From assembly GCA_033763315.1 (NCBI GenBank), contig JANRKS010000032.1:224001-288000 (forward strand): a stretch of DNA of 64,000 bases, written 5' to 3'. Shown here one piece after another: positions 10,126 to 18,699 of the stretch. The stretch's first letter is position 1. The number at the start of each line of letters is the position of its first letter. The position numbers were made by a program, and so were the translations under genes. The notes below the pieces were generated by a model, which saw only the letters and a program-made list of their open reading frames with translations, ran no database searches and was not told the origin of the DNA. This DNA comes from Deltaproteobacteria bacterium. GTDB taxonomy: Bacteria; Myxococcota_A; Polyangia; Fen-1088.

Positions 10126-12972
10126 ATGCGTTTTGGTCGTTGGGCCCCCGTTGCCACTGTGTTTCTATCTGCCATTTCAGCCTGTGGGCATCGTGCGAGT
10201 CGCGGCCTGCCGGATGCGCAGTCACTCGCGAAGGAACCTGTCCTTCAAAAAGGCGGCTTAGGGTTGGGGACGATTAAGTTCGGGACGGCTCAAACTCAGC
10301 TACCCAGCGGGCTGCGTGTTGGATACGAGCGAACGGCCACCAACGGGATGGTCGGAATCGTAATTACCATCGGCGCAGGTTCCGCCAAAGATCCCGCGGG
10401 ACAAGAAGGGTTGGCACACTTTGCCGAGCACGTTGTCTTTCGCTCCAAGCACAACAAAGACATCACCTTAGACGCACGTCTGAAGTTGACCGGTGCGACT
10501 GGCATTAACGCCACCACATCTCCCGATGTAACCACTTTCTACGCATTCGTTCCCGCTTCGAGGTTCGCTGACCTTGCGAAGGAATTGGGACAGATGTTGG
10601 CAGACCCCGTCTCCGCGATTGAGGAGTCTGACGCTGTCACAGAGCGCGAGGTGATCAAAAATGAATTGCGTCAGCGCGATGAAACAGGGCTCGGTGGCCA
10701 AATGCGATCGTGGATTGCTGAGACACTCATGCCAACAACGCACGCTTACAGGCGTTCCATCGGCGGCTCATTGGAATCCGTGGATAAGCTGTCGCTCGCG
10801 GCGGCGGCTGAATTCACCAAAGCGAATTACCTGCCCATCAACACAAGCGTCATGCTTGTAGCCGAAGACTCGTTTGGGAAAACGCTTGAGGAATTGCGCA
10901 GCGGGCTGGCGGCATCGTGGAAAGGCGAATCCACGGCGACCATCGCACCCCAAATCCCAAGCTTGCCGAACGTGGTTCAAGAAGTTCCTGCAGAACCCAA
11001 AGAAGGCGCCGTCACACACTACGCGGCCGTCGAAGCACCAACGTTGATCATTTCATGGCGTGTTCCGTCGCTGTATTCAGAGGGTGGGCACATCTCGCAA
11101 ATCGTTACGGCCCGCGCAGCGCTTGATGAATTGGAGGTGGCCACCGAGCGGCTGGATGCCGTTGAACACGCCAACGCTTGGGCGCAGCACTATTTGGACA
11201 CCACCATCATCTCTTGTGTGGTTGAGCTCAAAGATCCGTTGGCATGGAAAGACGTCGCGAAGTCGGTCAAGGCGTTCTACACAGAACGTTTTAGCCCATA
11301 CACACAGGACGATTGGCAGTACGTGGCGGCACGCACGGGGTACGCTTCAGCGAATCAGGCCGCATCGAACTACAGCTATTATCTGGCATCCCTTAGGCAA
11401 CGCACCACCGCGGAATCGTTGTTCGCATCCGAGTCGTATGTATCGCGGGTGCAGCAGTTGGCCGGCTTTTTACACTTCACCAATAACCTGAACGCTTTCT
11501 CGGGGCACCTGGGGCAGATCAGAAAAACCAGCTACCGCGAGTTGGCGAGCATTTTGCCCAGCTACCTTTCTGAATCGCACGCGCGCGTGGTCTATATTCA
11601 CGCCAAACAAAGTACCGCGTTACCCAACGTTTCAGGCACAGGTGTCGCGCGCGGCGACGTGCTCGAGAAGGTGGCCGAGCGGCCGGGCGAAGGAACGCTT
11701 TTGTCTGCACCGCCTCGGACGCGACCTGATGAAGCGTACGCGACGATGAAAAGGGTTGTTCTCCCCAATGGACTCACCACCATTGCGTTGAGAAAAGCCG
11801 CCTATCCCACCGTCACGGCGGTGCTGGCTTTCCGCACCGGATGGGCCGCAAGCTCGCCACCCGCTGCCGAGCGGTTGGTGCGCATGCTTGAACAGTATAG
11901 GGGCAGCACCCGAGCTGATGCCGGCCTTAAGGTGCAGGCGATCAACCTGACAGATCTCAGCGCCGATTATGTGGTGGGCGGCCGTTCCAATTTGCCGCAC
12001 GCACTGGGCTTGTTGGCCAGCGGACTCGTGCAGACTGATGCAACGATTGACTGGACCCAGGTGTCATCCTCGTTGAAGGCGCAGCCGCTGCGTTCGTCAT
12101 CGATGTCGCCTGACGAAGCGCTTTATCAAGATCTGATGAACGCACTTTATCCGAACTCGCCGCTGGCGCATGTGCCCTCCCCCAGCAACTTGCGGGCTCT
12201 GTCGGCTTCGGAAGTGCAACGTTGGCTGCAGCGAAGTCGACATCCCTCAAACGCCGTGCTGGTAATGGCGGGCGATCTTGAGCCGGCGGCTGCGTTGAAG
12301 TGGGCGGCACGTATTTTTGGCCAGTGGCGCGGCGCTATGGATGAGCCCGCACCCGCACCCGCCATTGCCGCGCCCGCTCCGTCGTTCACTCAAAAGAAGG
12401 TTTTCACCCGCACTCCTACGAACGATCGACCCCAGGTTGAGGTGACAATCGCGTGCAGGCTTCCGGCGGCTGGCAAGCGTGGTGAGGGTACGTACGACCT
12501 ATTGGCCGGCGTCGTGGGTGGTTGGCTGGGCACGCGGCTTCGCGAAGAAGCGGGGCTTTCGTACGGCGTTTCCGGCGGTGCACGCATCTACCGGGGCGGG
12601 GCTTCGCACATGAGCCTGAATGTGGCAGTTGACCGAACACATCTGATCAAAGCGCTCAAAATCATTAATGGGCACTGGAGTGCGTTCACATCAAATGGCT
12701 TCGACAAAGGTAGTGTGAGCCAGATCCGATGGAACCTGAGCACCGCTTCGAACTTTGGCTCCACCACATCAGCGGCGCTTGCTGTCGCAGTCGCGAACGC
12801 CGTGGTCCGAGGCGATGAACCCGATTACGCCGAACGGTATCGCAATGATCTGATGGCGGTCACCGATTCCGACCTGCGAGAAGCGTTTCGCACGTGCGCT
12901 CAAACCACGCGTTATGGCCTGGTCGGCGATGCTGCCGTGATCGATGAAGCGGTGAGGGCCGCGGGTTTGTAG
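10126..12972 (+). CDS. M16 family zinc metallopeptidase (insulinase/PqqL-like), predicted lipoprotein
   Basis: GLAHFAEH (HXXEH), NATTSPDVTTF, EREVIKNELRQR and C-terminal LREEAGLSYG; lipobox ISAC. Confidence 0.9.
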   Translation: MRFGRWAPVATVFLSAISACGHRASRGLPDAQSLAKEPVLQKGGLGLGTIKFGTAQTQLPSGLRVGYERTATNGMVGIVITIGAGSAKDPAGQEGLAHFAEHVVFRSKHNKDITLDARLKLTGATGINATTSPDVTTFYAFVPASRFADLAKELGQMLADPVSAIEESDAVTEREVIKNELRQRDETGLGGQMRSWIAETLMPTTHAYRRSIGGSLESVDKLSLAAAAEFTKANYLPINTSVMLVAEDSFGKTLEELRSGLAASWKGESTATIAPQIPSLPNVVQEVPAEPKEGAVTHYAAVEAPTLIISWRVPSLYSEGGHISQIVTARAALDELEVATERLDAVEHANAWAQHYLDTTIISCVVELKDPLAWKDVAKSVKAFYTERFSPYTQDDWQYVAARTGYASANQAASNYSYYLASLRQRTTAESLFASESYVSRVQQLAGFLHFTNNLNAFSGHLGQIRKTSYRELASILPSYLSESHARVVYIHAKQSTALPNVSGTGVARGDVLEKVAERPGEGTLLSAPPRTRPDEAYATMKRVVLPNGLTTIALRKAAYPTVTAVLAFRTGWAASSPPAAERLVRMLEQYRGSTRADAGLKVQAINLTDLSADYVVGGRSNLPHALGLLASGLVQTDATIDWTQVSSSLKAQPLRSSSMSPDEALYQDLMNALYPNSPLAHVPSPSNLRALSASEVQRWLQRSRHPSNAVLVMAGDLEPAAALKWAARIFGQWRGAMDEPAPAPAIAAPAPSFTQKKVFTRTPTNDRPQVEVTIACRLPAAGKRGEGTYDLLAGVVGGWLGTRLREEAGLSYGVSGGARIYRGGASHMSLNVAVDRTHLIKALKIINGHWSAFTSNGFDKGSVSQIRWNLSTASNFGSTTSAALAVAVANAVVRGDEPDYAERYRNDLMAVTDSDLREAFRTCAQTTRYGLVGDAAVIDEAVRAAGL

Positions 12973-12983
12973 GACGCAGGCGC

Positions 12984-13027
12984 CACCATCGCCGCTGTGA
13001 TCATGAAGATCGAGCAGAGCGATGGTG
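12984..13027. terminator. Hairpin between convergent genes (possible terminator)
   Basis: CACCATCGC (12984-12992) pairs with GCGATGGTG (13019-13027); no U-tract. Confidence 0.35.
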
Positions 13028-13047
13028 TGCATTGACCGGCGATTCCG

Positions 13048-15063
13048 CTAGTTGGCGCCGCTCTTCTTCGGCGCGCCGATCTTCACAAAAACCACGCTGT
13101 GTTTGAGTACGGTGGCGGTGAACACATCTGAGCGAACCCCGAGATCCTTGCCGCGCCACAGATCGCGGACGGGTTGTTTGCCGGTGATTCCCAGCTTCGC
13201 CCAAGTGGCCGAAATTTTCGTGGGCGCTGAGCCCGTGTTGAAGAGGCCCACGGCAATGGTGCCATCATGCAAGGGCCGCGACCAAACCTGCGTTGTGCCG
13301 TCGGCGGTTTGCGTTTGATCAACGCGTGATGCCGCCTTGCCTAGCGGGTCTTGATCCACGGCAATGACCTCGTCGTTGGTGAGCAGGTCAAGCGTGAACT
13401 TGTCCAACGCGGTCATGTCGCAACCGATGAGCAGAGGCGCGGCAAGCAGGCTCCACAGTGTGATGTGGGTGAGCTGTTCGTGCGGCGCAAGACGTGTGGG
13501 GTGCAGAGCTGGGCCCCAGCCAACCTTGCCAACGATGAGCATGTCAGGATCGTTCCAGGCGCCAGGTCCGGCGTGGGCTTCGTGGCCTGCTTGGCCAAAG
13601 CCTATACCCATCATGCTTGGCCAGGTGTCGGTGATATCGCCCGTGGTTCGCCACACTTGGCCACCCACCGCCTTGCCCCACTCCCACACTTTTCCCATGC
13701 CATATTGGCACAAAGAGAACACGACATCGCGATCGGTACTCTCCAAGGCCGCGCTCATGATCTTATAGGGCTTTTGCAACGCTTCGAGAGACTTGTCGTT
13801 CTTTACGATATCGCCATACGAGCACCAATCGTACTTGAGATAATCGATGCCCCACTTTGCAAATGTGCGGGCGTCTTGCTGTTCGTGTTTGTAACTGCCT
13901 TCGTATTTTCCACACGTCAGCGGCCCCGGAGATGAATAGATGCCAAGCTTCAAGCCTTTGCTGTGAACGTAGTCGGCCAAAGCTTTCATATCGGGGAACT
14001 TCTCATTCGTCTGAATCTCACCCGTGGCGTCGCGTTTCCCTTCCCAGGCGTCGTCGATGTTGATGTACGCGTAACCATGCGCGGCCAAGCCGCTTGAAAC
14101 CATCGCGTCGGCGGCCGCGCGTACCTTGTCGGCGTCCACGGCGGTGCCCCACGCGTTCCACGAATTCCATCCCATGGGCGGTGTTTGTGCCAACTTGCGT
14201 GGGCCCGCCACGATGGTCACTTCGCTTGACGTTGAGCCTCGCTGGCCTGTGACGGTCAGCGTGACCGTGGTTGTTCCCGCCTCTTGTATCGCACCAGAGA
14301 TGATGCCCGTGGCTTCATCAAGCCGCAGTCCGGCGGGCAAATTCGCTGCAGCGAACTTCAAAGGACCTCTGCCCGTGGCAGCAACAAGAAACAAAAAAGG
14401 CTTCTTGGGTGTGGCACCAACTTGGCGGGCGGAGTGAATCGCGGGGCGTTCATCCTTTGCCGAATGGATGATGGGCGCCGGCGGATGTGGTTCGGCGTAC
14501 GAAATGGGCCGCTTGTTGGTGCCGGGCTTCAACGTGAAGAACGCGCCGATCCAATTGGCGTTGTCCCACTTTTCCACGTCGGTGGTGTCGGTGAGAACGG
14601 CCAAACGCATGTTGCGCGCCTTGGAGAGATCTACATCGAGCACCTTGGGCGGGTCGCCAAATTTCATCGGGCCGCTTTCGCTGGCGCGCTTGCCATCAAC
14701 GAAGATCTCAAAGCGCAACACGCCGCCATGGCGCCCACGATCGTCAATGCCCACCAGTGTTGTAAACCGCGTGGCGCTGCCGTTGAGTGCCACATTGAGC
14801 TCTGTGGGCCCTCTCGTGCCGACGCCGTGCGGGTAAACGATGCCCTTGATGGTCAGCTGTTTTCCGTTGATCGCCTTGCGCGCGACCGTCTGGCCTTCAG
14901 AGGCGACCATATGGCTTAAATCGACGTCTTCAAGCCAAACGCCGTGATCCGGCAGCGCTGCGTTGGTGAACTCTTCAACAGAAGGCGTGCGGACCTGTGC
15001 ATGAGCGGCACCGAACGACGCTGCCACGCATGTGGCCAACATCACAAGCGAGTGATTGAACAT
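13048..15063 (-). CDS. GH27 alpha-galactosidase with NPCBM/NEW2 and He_PIG Ig-like domains, secreted
   Basis: TPPMGWNSWN, YINIDDAW, GIDYLKYDWC, WRTTGDI and WNDPDMLIVG; N-terminal NPCBM-like region and LPAGLRLDEATGIISG. Confidence 0.93.
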   Translation of the reverse strand: MFNHSLVMLATCVAASFGAAHAQVRTPSVEEFTNAALPDHGVWLEDVDLSHMVASEGQTVARKAINGKQLTIKGIVYPHGVGTRGPTELNVALNGSATRFTTLVGIDDRGRHGGVLRFEIFVDGKRASESGPMKFGDPPKVLDVDLSKARNMRLAVLTDTTDVEKWDNANWIGAFFTLKPGTNKRPISYAEPHPPAPIIHSAKDERPAIHSARQVGATPKKPFLFLVAATGRGPLKFAAANLPAGLRLDEATGIISGAIQEAGTTTVTLTVTGQRGSTSSEVTIVAGPRKLAQTPPMGWNSWNAWGTAVDADKVRAAADAMVSSGLAAHGYAYINIDDAWEGKRDATGEIQTNEKFPDMKALADYVHSKGLKLGIYSSPGPLTCGKYEGSYKHEQQDARTFAKWGIDYLKYDWCSYGDIVKNDKSLEALQKPYKIMSAALESTDRDVVFSLCQYGMGKVWEWGKAVGGQVWRTTGDITDTWPSMMGIGFGQAGHEAHAGPGAWNDPDMLIVGKVGWGPALHPTRLAPHEQLTHITLWSLLAAPLLIGCDMTALDKFTLDLLTNDEVIAVDQDPLGKAASRVDQTQTADGTTQVWSRPLHDGTIAVGLFNTGSAPTKISATWAKLGITGKQPVRDLWRGKDLGVRSDVFTATVLKHSVVFVKIGAPKKSGAN

Positions 15064-15174
15064 ATCGAACGGTACTCCGAAGGGCCGCTTCGCGCGAGTG
15101 TCGGCGGCAAACTTAAACTCGCGCGGCTGTCAGTGTCCAAGGCTACATATGGCGCGTCAGCTTGCTGCACGAGG

Positions 15175-15912
15175 CTAGTTGTTCCCGCCTTTGGAGATGC
15201 AACAGCGTTTGAATTTCTTGCCGCTGCCGCAAGGGCACAAGCCCTTCCGCGAGGGACCTTGCCGATGAATGGGGGCGTTCTCGTTCGCTTTTTCGTGCGG
15301 CGTGAGACCGTCAAGCTCCGGCCTGGCTGTGTGGTTCCACGCTTCCATCAACACAGGCACAAAGTCTTGTACCGCCTTGGCGCTTGGCGGAGGTGGGAGC
15401 CGCCGCTGCAAGTGCTGAAACACATCCATGGGTGTGCGGCTCGTGCTTAGAAGTTCGCGGAACTCCTGCGAGGTGATGTCCCAGTGCATGCGCTTGAGCG
15501 CGGCGGTCAGTTTGGTGTCAATCTCGTCAGGCTCATAGGGCTCAGGTGGGGTGGGAGGATCTTCATCCATCGCAACCGTCTCATCCAGATGAACCGCAGG
15601 GTGTGGTCCTGCCGCCCAAGGCATGCCGTGCCAATGGTGAATCAGGAACTCTTCTTCGCGGCATGTGTCACACATCGCGAGGATGGTGTCGTCTGGTTGC
15701 TTGATCACCAACAGGAACCCAACGCACCCCACACCTTCGGGGCGAAAGCGGCACGGAATCAGTGTGGCGCGACCCTCGGAATGGCGCAGCGGCCCGCCGT
15801 ACTCGATACACTGGGCCACGCGAATGGCTCTCATTCGCACGGGACCCGATTCAGGGAACGCGCCCGACGGATCGATCCAGTCGTGCGGATCGACGACGAT
15901 CATCTTTGACAT
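15175..15912 (-). CDS. SEC-C motif protein with N-terminal Cys-rich (zinc-ribbon-like) domain
   Basis: C-terminal CPCGSGKKFKRCC; N-terminal C..C..CDTC. Start MSKMIVVD chosen. Confidence 0.78.
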   Translation of the reverse strand: MSKMIVVDPHDWIDPSGAFPESGPVRMRAIRVAQCIEYGGPLRHSEGRATLIPCRFRPEGVGCVGFLLVIKQPDDTILAMCDTCREEEFLIHHWHGMPWAAGPHPAVHLDETVAMDEDPPTPPEPYEPDEIDTKLTAALKRMHWDITSQEFRELLSTSRTPMDVFQHLQRRLPPPPSAKAVQDFVPVLMEAWNHTARPELDGLTPHEKANENAPIHRQGPSRKGLCPCGSGKKFKRCCISKGGNN

Positions 15913-16025
15913 GCGACCGAATCCTAGCGCGAAAATTGCTTGAGGGCCGTGTGGTTCGGCGGCACGGGGAGGGTTCATGAATCGCGCTTTGATTTCAACG
16001 CCGCCGTTCGCGTAAACTCAGCTTC

Positions 16026-16808
16026 ATGGCGCTGAAACTCGATGGCAAAGTGGCAATCGTAACAGGCAGCACGCAAGGCCTTGGCGCGGCGGTGGCACGA
16101 CGATTGTTGGCGGCAGGGGCGCGCGTCGTACTGTCAGGGCGCAAGGTGGCAGACGGCGAGCGTTTGGCGGCCGAGTTGGGGCCTGCGGCTGTTTTTCATG
16201 CCACTGAGCTTTCTCACCCCGACGAATGCAGCGGCCTGGTTGCGAAGGCCATTCGTGCATTCGGTGGCGTTGACATTGTGATCAACAGCGCGGCGGTGAC
16301 ATCGCGCTCCACGCTTGAAACCTTCACAGCCCAGCAGTTCGACGAACAGTTTGCTGTTAATGTGCGCGCCCCGTTGCTGGTAGCACAGGCCGCGCTGGAA
16401 TCCCTGCGCGCGCGAACGGGGGTGATCATCAACATCGGCAGCGTAAACGGCTACGTGGGTGGCGCGAACCTGCTCTTGTACTCCGCCACCAAGGGTGCCT
16501 TGATGACGGCTTCGAAGAACTTGGCCAACGCTTTGGCACACACGCGCGTGCGTGTGTTTTGCTTGAACGTGGGCTGGATGGATACGGAGGGCGAGCGAGC
16601 CGTTTTAGCGCAGGAAGGGCTGCCAGCAGACTTCATCGAGAAGCAAGGCGCAAGCATGCCGTTGGGGAGGATCTTACGCCCCGAAGAGATTGCCGAATGG
16701 TGCCTGTTCCTGTGCGAGCCGGACCGTGCCGCGTTTAGCGGCGCTGTCATCGACTTGGAGCAGTTCCCGCTTGGCGCCTTGTCCTATCCTACGACGCCTT
16801 CGCCCTGA
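16026..16808 (+). CDS. SDR family oxidoreductase
   Basis: TGSTQGLG, INSAA, NIGS and catalytic YSATK. Confidence 0.93.
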   Translation: MALKLDGKVAIVTGSTQGLGAAVARRLLAAGARVVLSGRKVADGERLAAELGPAAVFHATELSHPDECSGLVAKAIRAFGGVDIVINSAAVTSRSTLETFTAQQFDEQFAVNVRAPLLVAQAALESLRARTGVIINIGSVNGYVGGANLLLYSATKGALMTASKNLANALAHTRVRVFCLNVGWMDTEGERAVLAQEGLPADFIEKQGASMPLGRILRPEEIAEWCLFLCEPDRAAFSGAVIDLEQFPLGALSYPTTPSP

Positions 16809-16839
16809 CTTGCTGCGATCGTTCGCATACGGAGAGTCT

Positions 16840-16956
16840 ATGTCTGCAAATAGCCATCGCGGTTTGCCGCTTTTACTGATGTTCACCGCGTCCCTGACGG
16901 GCACGTTTTCTTGTATCCGAACACATGAGCTTTCCACGTTTCATCTAGAAGCATGA
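16840..16956 (+). pseudogene. 38-aa ORF, mostly a lipoprotein signal peptide (probable truncated gene or micro-lipoprotein)
   Basis: GGAG SD at 16831; MSANSHRGLPLLLMFTASLTGTFSC followed by only 13 aa. Confidence 0.4.
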
Positions 16957-17003
16957 CGCGACGTCATCCCGGATCCGCTAAATCCGCAGGAAGATGGGCA
17001 TTT

Positions 17004-17041
17004 TTTGCCAACGGACCGTTGGCAAAGGTCCATGCTAAAAT
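17004..17041 (+). promoter_or_regulatory. Perfect 11-bp inverted repeat (putative TA operator) plus extended -10 promoter
   Basis: TTTGCCAACGG-A-CCGTTGGCAAA (17004-17026); TGcTAAAAT at 17033-17041, 6 nt before the GTG start. Confidence 0.7.
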
Positions 17042-17047
17042 AACCTC

Positions 17048-17287
17048 GTGTCGCAAGCTCTAAGACTCCCGCCTATTGGTTTCACCGAACTGCCAGTGGA
17101 TGCTCAAATCGAGTACGTTCAGGCACTGTGGGACATCATTGCGGCTCATCCTGAGACGGTGCCCGTGCCGGAGTGGCATGGGAAGATTCTCGACGAACGG
17201 CTTGACGATTACGTACGCAATCCAAGCGAAGGAAAGTCGTGGGAAGCGTTCCGTGCTGACCTGGAAATCGAATCCAAGCGCCGATGA
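17048..17287 (+). CDS. Addiction module antitoxin (TIGR02574-like)
   Basis: LPVDAQIEYVQALWDII..VPEWHGKILDERL..GKSWE; ATGA overlap with the toxin. Confidence 0.88.
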   Translation: MSQALRLPPIGFTELPVDAQIEYVQALWDIIAAHPETVPVPEWHGKILDERLDDYVRNPSEGKSWEAFRADLEIESKRR

Positions 17288-17595
17288 ACCAGCTGATTGT
17301 TCGCGCTGCCGCAGAACAGGACGTTCGCGCAATCCGCGAGTGGTACGAAGGCGAGGAGGAAGGGCTTGGTGCCCAGTTCCTCGCCGAGCTTGATGCGGTC
17401 GTTGATCGCCTACGTCGGATTCCGGGTCAGTTTCCCGAAGTTCGGAAGGGTTTGAGGAGAGCACTCCTTCGCCGGTTTCCGTATTGTGTTTACTTCCTGA
17501 ACCCGGATGGTTCGCTCATCGTGTTGGCAGTTCTTCATCAACATAGAAGCCCTCGCGAATGGAAGAACCGAGCAAAGAGTGACGTCGCCGGATAA
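17284..17595 (+). CDS. Type II toxin, RelE/ParE family
   Basis: AAEQDVRAIREWYE..GLGAQFLAEL..LRRALLRRFPYCVYF..VLAVLHQHRSP. Confidence 0.92.
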   Translation: MNQLIVRAAAEQDVRAIREWYEGEEEGLGAQFLAELDAVVDRLRRIPGQFPEVRKGLRRALLRRFPYCVYFLNPDGSLIVLAVLHQHRSPREWKNRAKSDVAG

Positions 17596-17638
17596 CCCGC
17601 TGTTGCATTCGTACGGGACGAGGGGCGCTCGTGCGGCC

Positions 17639-18691
17639 CTAAACCGCCATCAGTTTGGTCACGTCGTTCCACGCTTCGGTGGTGCCCACGTCTTCGATGA
17701 TCATCAACGCTTCGGCCACCGCCCGATCTTTGCGTGTGCCTTGCTTCACGATCGCTTTGGCAATCCCCTCAATCATGGCCAACCGCGTGGCCATCTCTTT
17801 GCGGGCCCGCGCGAAGTTGCCGTGATCGGTCCATTCGAAGCTCCAGATCACGTCTGAAACCCAATCGTTGAGCATGTCGCGCGGCTTCTGAACGTTGGGG
17901 CTGCGCGATTCGGCTTTGTCGAAAAAGCGTGACCACGGTCGAGGGCGCTTGGGAAAGCGCGTGCCGTAAACCACATTCAAGATGGCATCCGCGAACCAAG
18001 ATTTGGCGATCTCGTAGGATGATTCGTCGTCTTGTTCGTGGAATTCTTTTGCCACGTCTTTCCAGCTGCGTTTTTTCAGCTTGGGAAAGGGTTTGGCATT
18101 CAACACCGCATACGGATCTTCGCCCGCCGCCAGCGCCTGCAGCATTGGCGCTTCCACCTGCAACCATTTCGCAAAGCTGATGTGTTGGCGCGGCCCCAGG
18201 GGCACGCGGCCGAACATGCTGCGTTCAGAGCGCAGCGGCTTATTGGGCATGCGAATCTCGGCCTCAACTATCGCAGGCGTCATCTCGGGACGTTCGCCCA
18301 ACGTCCGGCATGAGCAACGGTGCGCGGTGATCACCCGGCGCCCCGCTGGGGTGGCCACCAAGCTGAACGGAAACTTGCGGCACGTGTCTGGCTTGGCATC
18401 CACGCCGAGCTTTGCGTGCACGCCGCACAGAAAATCGGGGCGCAAGAAGATGCACGAGCCATCCTCTTTGAAGCGAAACACCTTGGCGCGGATCGAGGTG
18501 TCGTAAAACACTGGATCGCGGTGCAAGCGCTTAACGGGGATCAGCTCTTGCGCAGAGACGGGCCCCAGCAAGTGAATGCTGGAGCAACACAAACCATCGG
18601 CGAAACAGCGGAAGCGTGCCCCAGGGCGAACCAACAAAGCGTGGCGTGGGTTTGGGGCGCGGCCTTCCGCCGCTTTTTCAGTTGAAAGCAC
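17639..18691 (-). CDS. YkgJ-like (CxxCxxCC-type) cysteine-cluster protein
   Basis: FRCFADGLCC..CIFL..LCGVH..KPDTCRKFPF; GTG start just after the GH116 stop. Confidence 0.75.
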   Translation of the reverse strand: MLSTEKAAEGRAPNPRHALLVRPGARFRCFADGLCCSSIHLLGPVSAQELIPVKRLHRDPVFYDTSIRAKVFRFKEDGSCIFLRPDFLCGVHAKLGVDAKPDTCRKFPFSLVATPAGRRVITAHRCSCRTLGERPEMTPAIVEAEIRMPNKPLRSERSMFGRVPLGPRQHISFAKWLQVEAPMLQALAAGEDPYAVLNAKPFPKLKKRSWKDVAKEFHEQDDESSYEIAKSWFADAILNVVYGTRFPKRPRPWSRFFDKAESRSPNVQKPRDMLNDWVSDVIWSFEWTDHGNFARARKEMATRLAMIEGIAKAIVKQGTRKDRAVAEALMIIEDVGTTEAWNDVTKLMAV

Positions 18692-18699
18692 GCGTGGAT

